A stretch of DNA of 21,273 nt from an uncultured archaeon (GCA_902384455.1 CABMCB010000020.1:1-21273); one strand, 5' to 3'; positions 8,665-17,415 are shown, numbered from the stretch's first letter. Notes: generated by a model not told the origin, from the sequence alone. Translations and numbers: made by a program.

Positions 8665-9523
8665 TCAAAACCCCGCCGTAACCGACGACCTGATTAATGT
8701 CTCCCGTGGATTCCGCAGAAGTCCTATAATCAACAAGCTCAGATTTCTTAGCGCCCAACGCCTTGGCGGCATACAAAGCTGCCGCAACCGCGCCGAAGCC
8801 GCACATGCTGATGTCGTACTCGCTTACGGCGTTAAAGAGCTTTTCAGGAGAAAGCGCCAGAATCTCCTTCAATGCGTACTTGTCCTGGTTGCGGGCGAAT
8901 TCGTCGGCGCTCATGCCGGAAGGCGGCATCTGATTATACATCGCCCCCGCATGAGTCATATCCGAAGAAGCCACAACAGTCACCCTAAGGCCTGTTTCCT
9001 TCACTGCTTTAGCGACCGCCTCACCCAAGTCCCTGCAAATCTTAAGGAACATTCCGTCCGGACTCAAATGGGCTACAGTCACAGGAACGAAGCTGAACGG
9101 CTGCTTGAAACTCTGAAGCAAAGGCAACTGAACCTCAATGGAATGCTCTTGGCTATGAGCTACAACATCCTCAGCAAGATACTTGCTGTTGCCAAGCATC
9201 GCGTCAGCAAGCTTAGAATCCACATCAACATCACCCAAAGGCGTCCTAAAAGCACCCTGCCTAACGACCGCAAAATGCTCGCCCATACCCGTATGATTAG
9301 GCCCGAAAATCACGAACGCAGGAGGAAAACGAATCTTACCATAAACTTTAGCTGCACAACCACCCGAATAAACATAACCTGCATGAGGCACCATCACCGC
9401 CAAAGCATCCAAAGATACGCGCTCAGGCGCAGGCTTAATCCTACCCAAAAGATTAGTAAGCAAACCCACATCCCGCGGATAAAAACTCCCCGCCACAACA
9501 GGAGGCCGAATATACTTCTCCAC
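8657..9523 (-). CDS. amrB: AmmeMemoRadiSam system protein B (MEMO1 family)
   Basis: RPPVVAGSFYP, PHAGYVYSG, GPNHTG, EHSIEVQLP, SSDMTH, SMCG and VVGYG motifs. Confidence 0.95.
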   Translation of the reverse strand: MEKYIRPPVVAGSFYPRDVGLLTNLLGRIKPAPERVSLDALAVMVPHAGYVYSGGCAAKVYGKIRFPPAFVIFGPNHTGMGEHFAVVRQGAFRTPLGDVDVDSKLADAMLGNSKYLAEDVVAHSQEHSIEVQLPLLQSFKQPFSFVPVTVAHLSPDGMFLKICRDLGEAVAKAVKETGLRVTVVASSDMTHAGAMYNQMPPSGMSADEFARNQDKYALKEILALSPEKLFNAVSEYDISMCGFGAVAAALYAAKALGAKKSELVDYRTSAESTGDINQVVGYGGVLIT

Positions 9524-9559
9524 GTTATTTTAATGGCCAAAGTAAAATAAAAGAGCGGT

Positions 9560-9775
9560 ATGAACGAACTGCCCCTTGCGCCAGTCAAAAGGATATTAAA
9601 GAACGCCAACGACGACAGCCCAGTAAGCGACGACGCAGTCGCAGCCATGGCAGAAGCCATGGAGGAATGGGCGATGAAAGTCGGCCGCAGGGCGCAGGAG
9701 TTGGTGCGTCACCGAGACAAGGTGACGATAGAGGAAAAAGACGTGCGCTTGGCGCTTAAGACGCTGAAGGAATAA
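9560..9775 (+). CDS. Archaeal histone (HMf family), divergent variant
   Basis: ELPLAPVKRILK...VSDDA...RH..K.TI...DV.LA aligns with the HMfA/HMfB histone fold; 71 aa. Confidence 0.92.
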   Translation: MNELPLAPVKRILKNANDDSPVSDDAVAAMAEAMEEWAMKVGRRAQELVRHRDKVTIEEKDVRLALKTLKE

Positions 9776-9777
9776 AC

Positions 9778-11001
9778 TTAATTTTGCGGTTCCTGGGCCG
9801 TGATGTTGTGTTTCACCACACTTCCTGCTTCGACCGTCGCGTGGGGGTAGATGCATCGGCCTGGCATTATGCTGACGTTTATGCCGGTTTTGACGTAGTC
9901 GCCCATTATGCAGCCGAGTTTTCTGCGTCCGCTTCCCATCATTTTTCCTTGGATTTCGACGTGGACTTCGCCGTCGTCGAATCTTAGGTTGGCGACTTTG
10001 GTTCCTGCGCCGAAGTTGCAGTGTTCTCCTATTACGCTGTCGCCTACGTAGCTTAGGTGGCCTACGTGTGTGTGGTTCATTATTATGCTGTTTTTGATTT
10101 CAACTGCGTTTCCGACGCGGCATTTGTCGCCTATGACTGTGTAGGGGCGTATGTAGCAGTTTGGTCCTAAGTCGCAGTTTTTGCCTATTAATACGGGTCC
10201 TTCCACGTAGACGCCGCTTCTTATGCGTGTTCCCTCTCCTACGCTGACTGGTCCTTTAAGTGTGGCGTGCTCCTCCAGTTCCGCTTTCTTGCTGACCTGG
10301 AATGTCTGGTCTTTCATCAGCTTCTCGTTTACGTTCAGCATGTCCCACGGCAAACCCACTTCAAGAGGCTTGTTTACGAGGCGGTACGCTTTGACGTCCC
10401 CGTCCTTTATGATGTCCCGCACGGCGTCAGTAAGCTCTATTTCCCCCCTAGGAGAAGTCCCAACGGAAGAAAGCCGCTTAAAGACATCTTCATTGAAACG
10501 GTACAGCCCAGCATTCACAAGATTAGATTTAGGCCTCTCAGGCTTCTCCACCAAACTCTTTATCCTGCCTCCGACGACCTCAACGACGCCAAACCGCGAG
10601 GGGTCCTGCACCTCAGAAACGCACAACGCAGCATCGCCCCCCTTTACGGCGGCAAAAGCCTTAACGTCAGATGAATCAACAATTACGTCGCCGTTTACGA
10701 CCAAAAAATCACCCTTAACGCGGCCTTCAGCGCGCGCCACAGCGTCTCCAGTGCCCGTCTGCTTCTTCTGCACTACGTACTCCAATGTGACGCCGTCATA
10801 CGACGAACCAAAGTACCCCTCGATAATCTCCCTCCTATATCCGACGACGACGACAGCCTTCTTGACTCCCGCCTTCTTCAAACCATCAAGAACCCACGCA
10901 AGAATAGGCTTGCCTGCGACAGGAATCATCGGCTTAGGCCTAGTCAAAGTAAGCGGATGCAGGCGCTTGCCTTCTCCGGCCGCCAAAACAACTGCGTCCA
11001 T
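9778..11001 (-). CDS. glmU: Bifunctional sugar-1-phosphate nucleotidylyltransferase/acetyltransferase (archaeal GlmU)
   Basis: LAAGEGKRLHPLT..RPKPM, VEKP, GEIELTD, and a left-handed beta-helix with HLSYVGDS and GAGTKVANLRFD. Confidence 0.93.
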   Translation of the reverse strand: MDAVVLAAGEGKRLHPLTLTRPKPMIPVAGKPILAWVLDGLKKAGVKKAVVVVGYRREIIEGYFGSSYDGVTLEYVVQKKQTGTGDAVARAEGRVKGDFLVVNGDVIVDSSDVKAFAAVKGGDAALCVSEVQDPSRFGVVEVVGGRIKSLVEKPERPKSNLVNAGLYRFNEDVFKRLSSVGTSPRGEIELTDAVRDIIKDGDVKAYRLVNKPLEVGLPWDMLNVNEKLMKDQTFQVSKKAELEEHATLKGPVSVGEGTRIRSGVYVEGPVLIGKNCDLGPNCYIRPYTVIGDKCRVGNAVEIKNSIIMNHTHVGHLSYVGDSVIGEHCNFGAGTKVANLRFDDGEVHVEIQGKMMGSGRRKLGCIMGDYVKTGINVSIMPGRCIYPHATVEAGSVVKHNITAQEPQN

Positions 11002-11007
11002 AATTAA

Positions 11008-11244
11008 TTAAGGCGCCTTTTCGGCCACGATAAAGTCGTCGTCTACTTTAGGCGCAAGTTTCTTGAATTTATCCGGGAAACCCTTGCATTCCACGGGCTT
11101 ATTGTCCTTGCGCCACACGTTCTTCACGTCGACGACGTAATGAGTCTCGGCGGTATCGGGAATGCCTTCAAGAGCAGTCGAAAACTCTTCAAGGAGTTTG
11201 ACTCCCTCCTTCTGTATCCGCTCGGCATCAACGTTAGTCGCCAT
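11008..11244 (-). CDS. gatC: Asp-tRNA(Asn) amidotransferase subunit GatC (archaeal type)
   Basis: 78 aa with LLEEFS.AL..IP...ETHYVVD..NVWRKD and a C-terminal APK...FIVAEK, like archaeal GatC. Confidence 0.8.
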   Translation of the reverse strand: MATNVDAERIQKEGVKLLEEFSTALEGIPDTAETHYVVDVKNVWRKDNKPVECKGFPDKFKKLAPKVDDDFIVAEKAP

Positions 11245-11331
11245 CGCTTACCCAATTTGATTTAAAGACTAAAAACCCAGCCTCGCCAACAACATACCCC
11301 ACCAAAAGGCGATTAAATCCGCAGTAACGCG

Positions 11332-11340
11332 TTTATATAA
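11332..11340 (+). promoter_or_regulatory. TATA box of the eif1A-rio1-DUF371 operon
   Basis: TTTATATAA lies 23-31 nt before the ATG at 11363, consistent with a leaderless or short-leader transcript. Confidence 0.6.
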
Positions 11341-11362
11341 CCCCCCTACCTCTTCTAATCCA

Positions 11363-11728
11363 ATGCGAAATTTCAAAGAGCGCGTGGAACCAGGAACCGA
11401 ATTCGGCAGCATGGAATCCGTCGGCGAAGACGGCCAACCCCAGATAATCCGAGTCCGCCTGCCACGGAAAGGTCAGATGCTTGGCGAAGTGGAACAGCTC
11501 CTTGGAGACCGCAGGATGAGGGTGAAATGCACCGACGGCTTAATCCGCCTATGCCGGATACCCGGTAAAATACGCCGCCGAATATGGATAAAAGAAGGCA
11601 ACATAGTCCTCATAGAACCCTGGGAAGTCCAAGCCCACGAACGCGGCGACATCCTCATGCGATACACGCCCCAGCAGGCCAACTGGCTAAGAGACAGAGG
11701 ATACACCAAAGGCATAGACGAAGCATAA
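11363..11728 (+). CDS. eif1A: Translation initiation factor aIF-1A
   Basis: RVRLP, LLGDRRMRVKC.DG..RLCRIPGKIRRRIWI and RGDI..RY motifs. Confidence 0.97.
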   Translation: MRNFKERVEPGTEFGSMESVGEDGQPQIIRVRLPRKGQMLGEVEQLLGDRRMRVKCTDGLIRLCRIPGKIRRRIWIKEGNIVLIEPWEVQAHERGDILMRYTPQQANWLRDRGYTKGIDEA

Positions 11729-11735
11729 CCCCTTT

Positions 11736-12497
11736 ATGGCCGATGGAAACGACTTCTACTTAAGCCGCCATGAAAAGCGCGGATTAAAACGGGAAAAACC
11801 AAGGTCCGGCGTCGAAGACCGAAACGTAAGCGAAGGCGTATTCGACCGGCGGACTCTTGCGGCGCTTGACAAGGCGATGCGGCGAGGATTCATAGACGAG
11901 CTTGTGGGAATAATTGCTACCGGAAAAGAAGCCAACGTCTACCGCGGCATAAGAGACGGCCGCTCGGTGGCGGTGAAGATTTACGCTGTGGAGGCCGCCG
12001 ACTTCACGCGGATGACTGAGTACGTGCGGGGCGATGTCCGTTTCGGAGGGTGGAAGAACCGCAGGCAGCTCATCAACACGTGGGCTAAGAAGGAATACAG
12101 CAACCTGATGCTTGCTTCAAGAGCGAAAGTGCCATGCCCCGCGACAATCGGGTTCATGGAAAACATCCTCTTCATGCAGTTCATAGGGGAAAAAGGAAAG
12201 CCGGCGCCCAGAATGAAAGATTCTCCGCCGAAAAACTCCCAGAAAGCATACGATACCACAGTTGACGGAATCAAAAAAATGTGGAAAGGAGGCCTCGTTC
12301 ACGGAGACTTATCGGAATACAACATACTAAACGACGCGGAAAAACCAGTGTTCATAGACTTCAGCCAAGGACTACTCACAACACACCCAAACGCTCAAAA
12401 CCTCCTAGAGCGCGACATAGCAAACATCGCCAAATACTTCAGAAACCAAGGAGTAGAATCCGACGAAAAAGAAATCCTGCAAAAAGTGACCAAATGA
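11736..12497 (+). CDS. rio1: RIO1 family serine protein kinase
   Basis: TGKEANVY, AVKIY, WAKKEY.NL, HGDLSEYNIL and IDFSQ; conserved position after eif1A. Confidence 0.95.
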   Translation: MADGNDFYLSRHEKRGLKREKPRSGVEDRNVSEGVFDRRTLAALDKAMRRGFIDELVGIIATGKEANVYRGIRDGRSVAVKIYAVEAADFTRMTEYVRGDVRFGGWKNRRQLINTWAKKEYSNLMLASRAKVPCPATIGFMENILFMQFIGEKGKPAPRMKDSPPKNSQKAYDTTVDGIKKMWKGGLVHGDLSEYNILNDAEKPVFIDFSQGLLTTHPNAQNLLERDIANIAKYFRNQGVESDEKEILQKVTK

Positions 12498-12961
12498 AAA
12501 TAAAATACGAAGGAAAAGGCCACGAAAACGTAAGAAGCACACACAAAATGACGTTGGAATTCACAAAAGACGGCCACCTCACGCCCCGCGGAGACTGCAT
12601 CGTAGCCGTTTCGTTCCCAATAGGATGCGCCCAATTGCCGCCGGAATTCAAGAAACTGCTTTCTAACGACAACGCGGCATTACGCATCCGGATTTCCTGC
12701 GGCGGCGAAACGGACGAAATACACGCGCAAGGAAGCAAAGAACTAAAACTCACCCACCCAACAGACATCGTAATACGAAAAAGCACATTCATAGACGACA
12801 GAACACTCGCAATAAACGCCAACAAAGCGGCATCCGACCTCAAAAAGGCGCTTGTGGAAAACCTCAAAAAAAACATCCCAGTTGAAGTCGAATTCGAAGT
12901 GAGACACAGCGCCATGGAAGAAGAGCGCCATCTGCCACTGGATTTCCTGGAAAACCCCTAA
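12494..12961 (+). CDS. DUF371 (MTH639-like) protein
   Basis: GHENVRSTHKMTLEFTKD.HLTPRGDCIV and DIVIRKS.FIDDRTLAI.ANKAA motifs. The real start is the ATG at 12494, overlapping the rio1 stop (ATGA), not the track's 12281. Confidence 0.92.
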   Translation: MKIKYEGKGHENVRSTHKMTLEFTKDGHLTPRGDCIVAVSFPIGCAQLPPEFKKLLSNDNAALRIRISCGGETDEIHAQGSKELKLTHPTDIVIRKSTFIDDRTLAINANKAASDLKKALVENLKKNIPVEVEFEVRHSAMEEERHLPLDFLENP

Positions 12962-13011
12962 ACTCCTCAGTCAACTAATTTATACCCCTGCGCCGGTAAT
13001 TTAATTCTGTC

Positions 13012-13932
13012 ATGAACACGGACTACGACGTCATAGTCATCGGCGGAGGAGGCGCGGGAATGACCGCGGCATTATACTGCGCAAGAAGAGCGCTCAAAAC
13101 CGTCGTCATAGAAAAAACAGCCCTCGGCGGGCAGCTGCTTCTCACCGACAAAATAGAAAACTACAGCGCAGTATACTCCGCGTCAGGCCAAGAACTATCC
13201 GACGTAATGGAAAAACAATGCCTGCGGGACGGCGTAGAATTCAAGTACGAAGAAGTAACTTCAATCGACGTCAAAGATGACGTCAAAAAAATATTCACAA
13301 GCAAAAAAACATACACGTCAAAAGCAGTAATCCTAGCAACAGGCGGCTCACACAGGCGCCTCAAAGTTCCCGGCGAAGAAAAATACGAAGGACTCGGCGT
13401 AAGCTACTGCGCCACATGCGACGGCCCCCTGTTCAAGAAAAAGCGCATCGCAGTCGTCGGAGGAGGAAGCACCGCCTTTGAGGACGCTCTTTACCTCTCG
13501 GACATCGCGGGAGAATGCTACCTCATCCACCGCCGAGACACGTTCAGGGCCGAGGAATGCAAGGTGGAGCGGCTTAGGAAGACAAAGACTAAGTTCATAA
13601 CAGACACAGTAGTCACCGAGATTCTTGGCAAAGGCAAAGTTGAGTCGCTTAAGCTCAAAAACGTCAAGACCGGCTCGGAATCCGAGCTTCCGGTAGACGC
13701 GGTGTTCGTCGCGGTTGGAATCAACCCGCAGACAGATTTCGCAAAGGCCGCGGGAATAGGCGTGAACGAAAGAGGCTACTTGAATGTGGACTCTAAGATG
13801 CACACGAATGTTCCTGGCGTTTTTGCGTGCGGTGACGTCACAGGTGGAATACTCCAGTTTTCGACTGCTGTGGGCGGCGGATGCACCGCGGCATACTCGG
13901 CTTACGAGTACGTAAAGGCGAAATTCATCTGA
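13012..13932 (+). CDS. trxB: Thioredoxin-disulfide reductase
   Basis: GGGGAG FAD motif, CATCDG active site, HRRDTFRA NADPH-binding motif, FACGD. A TATA-like TTTATAC lies at 12979-12985. Confidence 0.93.
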   Translation: MNTDYDVIVIGGGGAGMTAALYCARRALKTVVIEKTALGGQLLLTDKIENYSAVYSASGQELSDVMEKQCLRDGVEFKYEEVTSIDVKDDVKKIFTSKKTYTSKAVILATGGSHRRLKVPGEEKYEGLGVSYCATCDGPLFKKKRIAVVGGGSTAFEDALYLSDIAGECYLIHRRDTFRAEECKVERLRKTKTKFITDTVVTEILGKGKVESLKLKNVKTGSESELPVDAVFVAVGINPQTDFAKAAGIGVNERGYLNVDSKMHTNVPGVFACGDVTGGILQFSTAVGGGCTAAYSAYEYVKAKFI

Positions 13933-13966
13933 ACTTTTTTTCCAGTAGAACAAGAAACAATAGACT

Positions 13967-14122
13967 TTACTGTACGCTGCTTCGCCGCCAGTTGCGCCCT
14001 GTCTGAGGGCTGCCCCGCACCTTCCTGTTGGTTTTCACGTACACCCATACGGGAGCACGCTTGCGGGTCCTGTTGGCGCTGACAAGCATTGCCTTCTTCG
14101 CCGGAGTCTTAGCGCGAGCCAT
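13967..14122 (-). CDS. rpl39e: 50S ribosomal protein L39e (eL39)
   Basis: Hand translation gives the 51-aa MARAKTPAKKAMLVSANRTRKRAPVWVYVKTNRKVRGSPQTGRNWRRSSVQ*, with the eL39 hallmarks P.WV..KT and R.WRR. It is not in the ORF track. Confidence 0.93.
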   Translation of the reverse strand: MARAKTPAKKAMLVSANRTRKRAPVWVYVKTNRKVRGSPQTGRNWRRSSVQ

Positions 14123-14146
14123 GGTTTAAACTTAAGGCAAGGACCC

Positions 14147-14154
14147 TATATAAA
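14147..14154 (-). promoter_or_regulatory. TATA box for rpl39e in the 46-bp divergent rpl39e/nmd3 gap
   Basis: TTTATATA on the - strand, 25 nt upstream of the rpl39e ATG. Confidence 0.55.
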
Positions 14155-14168
14155 CGTACTGCAAAACA

Positions 14169-15113
14169 ATGAAATGCCCCAAGTGCGGAAAACACGAAGT
14201 ATCCACCGGCGTATGCGGAGTATGCTTCATCGCGGAACACCCTCCCAAAGTCAAACCATTCACTCTTACTCAGTCTAAGGACGGCCGGTTCCAGATTAAG
14301 GAGTCTTGGACCAAAGACCACGAGGAGCCGCTTCAGTATGAAATAAGGAAAAACCTTAATGCTGCGCACCCGCTGACAGTTAAAAAACTTGTTTTGACTT
14401 CTTCTGAAGCAGACGAAAAAGACGTTTCCTGGACGGCTAACGCGCATATGGATTACTTGGGCCACGAGCATCAGGTTCAACTTTCCGGCATGGCTCCGAT
14501 AAAAGGGGTCATAACCCTTGAGGAGTCCCGGCGGGCGGGAAACGCATACCAGGCGGTGCTTCAGCTGAGGGAGCCGATGTTGCTTGACGAAATAGAAAAA
14601 ACATACGTAAGCCAAGTCCGTAAGGTGCAAGGCGGATTCGACGTCTACCTCATAAGCAAAAGCTACGCCCGCCAATGCGCCTCAAACTTCAAAAACAAAG
14701 GATACATCACCGTCGAATCAACATCCCACGGCGGAGTCAAAGAAGGCCACGAAGTAACCCGCCTATACATAGCAGTCAAAAAACCGCACATAGAACCCGG
14801 CGACATACTCAACGTAGAAGGCCGGACCTACATGCTTTTGTCTTTGGGGAGCACGTCAAAGCTTGTTGACGTCGCAAACCGCAGGGAAAGGGTGGTGTCC
14901 AAGCCGAACATCATGAAGGCGGACGTCATCGCAAAACGCCGTGAACTCGAAGAGGTGACTGTAGCATCCAAGAGCCCGCGCGGCGTAGACGTACTCGACG
15001 GCAAATATCAAAGCCGGCATTTCACTGGCGAATACCCGCTGCTTAAGGAAGGCGGAAAAGCGCTCTTACTGCGGCTCAACAACCTGGCGTACCTGCTGCC
15101 GCCGATTGAATAA
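14169..15113 (+). CDS. nmd3: NMD3 family large-subunit biogenesis protein
   Basis: N-terminal CPKCG...CGVCF, SRRAGNAYQAVLQLR (NMD3 YxAxxQxR), GGFDVYL and a C-terminal PGDI SH3/OB-like region. Confidence 0.85.
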   Translation: MKCPKCGKHEVSTGVCGVCFIAEHPPKVKPFTLTQSKDGRFQIKESWTKDHEEPLQYEIRKNLNAAHPLTVKKLVLTSSEADEKDVSWTANAHMDYLGHEHQVQLSGMAPIKGVITLEESRRAGNAYQAVLQLREPMLLDEIEKTYVSQVRKVQGGFDVYLISKSYARQCASNFKNKGYITVESTSHGGVKEGHEVTRLYIAVKKPHIEPGDILNVEGRTYMLLSLGSTSKLVDVANRRERVVSKPNIMKADVIAKRRELEEVTVASKSPRGVDVLDGKYQSRHFTGEYPLLKEGGKALLLRLNNLAYLLPPIE

Positions 15114-15124
15114 ATAATTACTCC

Positions 15125-16462
15125 TCAGGACAGCTCCTTCACAGCCTTATCCACCTGCTGCCTCGCCGTGCCGACATAGTTCTCAGGCTTCATCGCCTCG
15201 TCGATTTCCTTAACCGAAAGAAGCTTCCGCACACTCTTGTCCGCGACAAGATACTTCTTCAGAGGCTTACCCTCCTTAAAGCTCCTCATAGAAAGCTTCC
15301 TCACCAACTCATGCGCGTCCTGACGGCCCAATCCCTTCTGAGTCAGCCGAATCATCACCGACTCCGCCATAATGCGGCCGCCCTCCATATTAAGGTTTTC
15401 CTGTATGCGCTTCTCGTTGAACACGAGGCCGTCCACTAGGTCTATGGTGAGGTTTAGTATGTAGTCTGCGAGTATGCTTGCTTCGGGGAGTATTACGCGT
15501 TCGGGGCTGCTGTTTGTGAGGTCGCGCTCATGCCAGAGCGGCACGTTGTCTAAAGCCACGAAGGAGTCTGCTTTTACTACGCGCGCCAGTCCGCATATGC
15601 GTTCAGCGAGTATGGGGTTTCTCTTGTGCGGCATCGTGGAGCTGCCCACCTGATTCTTGCCGAAACCTTCCGCGACTTCCCCAATCTCAGTCCTCTGCAG
15701 ATTCCTTATTTCCAAAGCAATCTTATAGAGCGTCTGCGAAACGAGAGCCAAAAACAAGAAGAACTCGGCGTGCCTATCACGCTGAACAACCTGATTGCTA
15801 ACCAAAGCCGACTTAACCCCCAAATCATCCATAACCAACTCCTGAATCTCAACCGCACACTCACCCAAAGCAGCCTGCGTACCCACAGCACCACTCATCT
15901 TACCCACCAAAAGCCGAGGCCTCAACTGCCTAAGCCGCTCCAGATGCCTGCCCACCTCAGACGCCCAAATGGCGAACTTAAGGCCGTACGTCGTGGGAAC
16001 AGCGTGCTGCCCGTGGGTTCGGCCTACGCAGACGAGGTTTCGTCGGCGTTTAGCCTGAGATAGCAGGCTCTTTTTGAGGCGCAAAACGTCGTCCTCAAGG
16101 TAATCCAAGTATTCCTTAAGCTGAAGCGCAGTCGCAGTATCCAAGACATCGTTGCTTGTGGCGCCAAGGTGGACGTATCGGCCAGCGCCTCCGCTGCATT
16201 GCTCAGTAAGCGCCTTAACCACGGCCATTACGTCGTGGTTGATTTCCTTCTCTATTTTGGCTACGCGCGCGAGCTTTACGTATTTGACGGACGCCTTCTT
16301 GCTGACTTCCTTGGCCGCGTCAGCAGGCACGTTGCCTACTTTCGCGTGGGCGCGAACCAACGCCGCCTCCACCTTAAGGATGTTGTCTAGCTTTGTCTCT
16401 TCGTCGAAAATGCGCCTGACTTCAGGCCTCCCATACCTTGATTCTATCGGGTGAACGCTCAT
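15125..16462 (-). CDS. purB: Adenylosuccinate lyase
   Basis: HPIESRYG, HDVMA, HLGATSND, GRTHGQHA, GSSTMPHKRNP and HERDLTNS. Confidence 0.97.
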   Translation of the reverse strand: MSVHPIESRYGRPEVRRIFDEETKLDNILKVEAALVRAHAKVGNVPADAAKEVSKKASVKYVKLARVAKIEKEINHDVMAVVKALTEQCSGGAGRYVHLGATSNDVLDTATALQLKEYLDYLEDDVLRLKKSLLSQAKRRRNLVCVGRTHGQHAVPTTYGLKFAIWASEVGRHLERLRQLRPRLLVGKMSGAVGTQAALGECAVEIQELVMDDLGVKSALVSNQVVQRDRHAEFFLFLALVSQTLYKIALEIRNLQRTEIGEVAEGFGKNQVGSSTMPHKRNPILAERICGLARVVKADSFVALDNVPLWHERDLTNSSPERVILPEASILADYILNLTIDLVDGLVFNEKRIQENLNMEGGRIMAESVMIRLTQKGLGRQDAHELVRKLSMRSFKEGKPLKKYLVADKSVRKLLSVKEIDEAMKPENYVGTARQQVDKAVKELS

Positions 16463-16485
16463 TTTTTTTATCCCCCTAAATGATT

Positions 16486-17028
16486 CTATTTTTTCTTGCC
16501 TTTCTTCTGGCGCATGGCGTCGTGCAAGTCGATGTAGTAGACGCCTTCCTCAATCCGGACTATGACGGGGTTGCCGCCCATCAATGAAGAAACGTCTATG
16601 TCGTATTTGCCCTCCTCCAGGATGCGAATAGTCTCTATTGAAAGCTTAACTGGCACTCCTACGCCCTTAACGCGGCTCAGCTCCTTACCCAACCAATCAA
16701 GAGTATCCTTAGGCTCAACAAGCGGCTCAATAACAGGCCGAGCATCCTCCTTAGGCTGCGGCGCGAAAGGCTCAGAAGAAGGCTCCTTCTTGCCGTTTAT
16801 TGCGGCTGCTACCTCATTCAATTCCTCCTTTCCGCCAGCGTCGGCGGAATCCTGCATGTCCCGCATCCTCTGGTAGTTCTTTTCCCACTTGGCGACTTCG
16901 GCGCTGCCGGGCCTCAGATACATAAGAAACCGTTTGCCGCAGCGGCACGCTCCATGCTTCATCACCCTCTGAAGTCCCTCAGAGCCCTCCACATAGACGG
17001 CCCCACAAACGTTGCAGGCGTAAGGCAT
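16486..17028 (-). CDS. oapC: OapC/ArvC family Zn-ribbon protein (DUF2072)
   Basis: MPYAC..CG.....GS.......C.CG.RF.Y N-terminus and IETIRILEEGKYDIDV.SL...GVYYIDL C-terminus; third gene of the operon (TAATG overlap). Confidence 0.88.
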   Translation of the reverse strand: MPYACNVCGAVYVEGSEGLQRVMKHGACRCGKRFLMYLRPGSAEVAKWEKNYQRMRDMQDSADAGGKEELNEVAAAINGKKEPSSEPFAPQPKEDARPVIEPLVEPKDTLDWLGKELSRVKGVGVPVKLSIETIRILEEGKYDIDVSSLMGGNPVIVRIEEGVYYIDLHDAMRQKKGKKK

Positions 17029-17411
17029 TATCTCTTCTTCTTGTCTTCCTCGTCGGATTCGGACAAAGCAAGCATGCTAATCTTCTGAGGCTCCTTCTTG
17101 ATGTCCCTAATGAGTTTGCTGGGGCCTATGACCGTCAATCCGCCCGTAGTTCCTCCAAGCATCTTAATCAGGCGCTCCCTTATTCCGAAGGCTCCGCGCT
17201 CCCTTAACGTGCTGACTTCGATGCCGGGAAACTTCTTTGAAACCTCCTTCATAGTGGCCTCAATCAGCCGGCTCTCTTCGACGTGAGTCAGACTCTCCTC
17301 CACAACGAGAATCTTGTTCTTCTTGACGTGCTCCAGAATGTAGCCCATCTTTTCCTCCTCAGTCATGTTGGAAAGCACGTCCGACGAAAGGAATTCTAGT
17401 TCAACGCTCAT
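17028..17411 (-). CDS. oapB: OapB/ArvB family protein (DUF2073)
   Basis: EESRLIEATM, FPGIEV and GLTVIGPS motifs; lies between the GTPase and the Zn-ribbon gene. Confidence 0.9.
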   Translation of the reverse strand: MSVELEFLSSDVLSNMTEEEKMGYILEHVKKNKILVVEESLTHVEESRLIEATMKEVSKKFPGIEVSTLRERGAFGIRERLIKMLGGTTGGLTVIGPSKLIRDIKKEPQKISMLALSESDEEDKKKR

Positions 17412-17415
17412 AAAG

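Noticed and set aside
12281-12493. N-terminal extension of the DUF371 ORF in the track
   Set aside because: It lies inside rio1 in another frame, and family similarity begins at ATG 12494.
13938-13951. ORB-like TTCCAGTAGAAC (and a weaker one near 18142-18156) as a replication origin near oapABC
   Set aside because: These are isolated imperfect matches, with no clustered ORBs, no AT-rich unwinding element and no cdc6/orc1. The first sits in the T-tract terminator zone between trxB and rpl39e.
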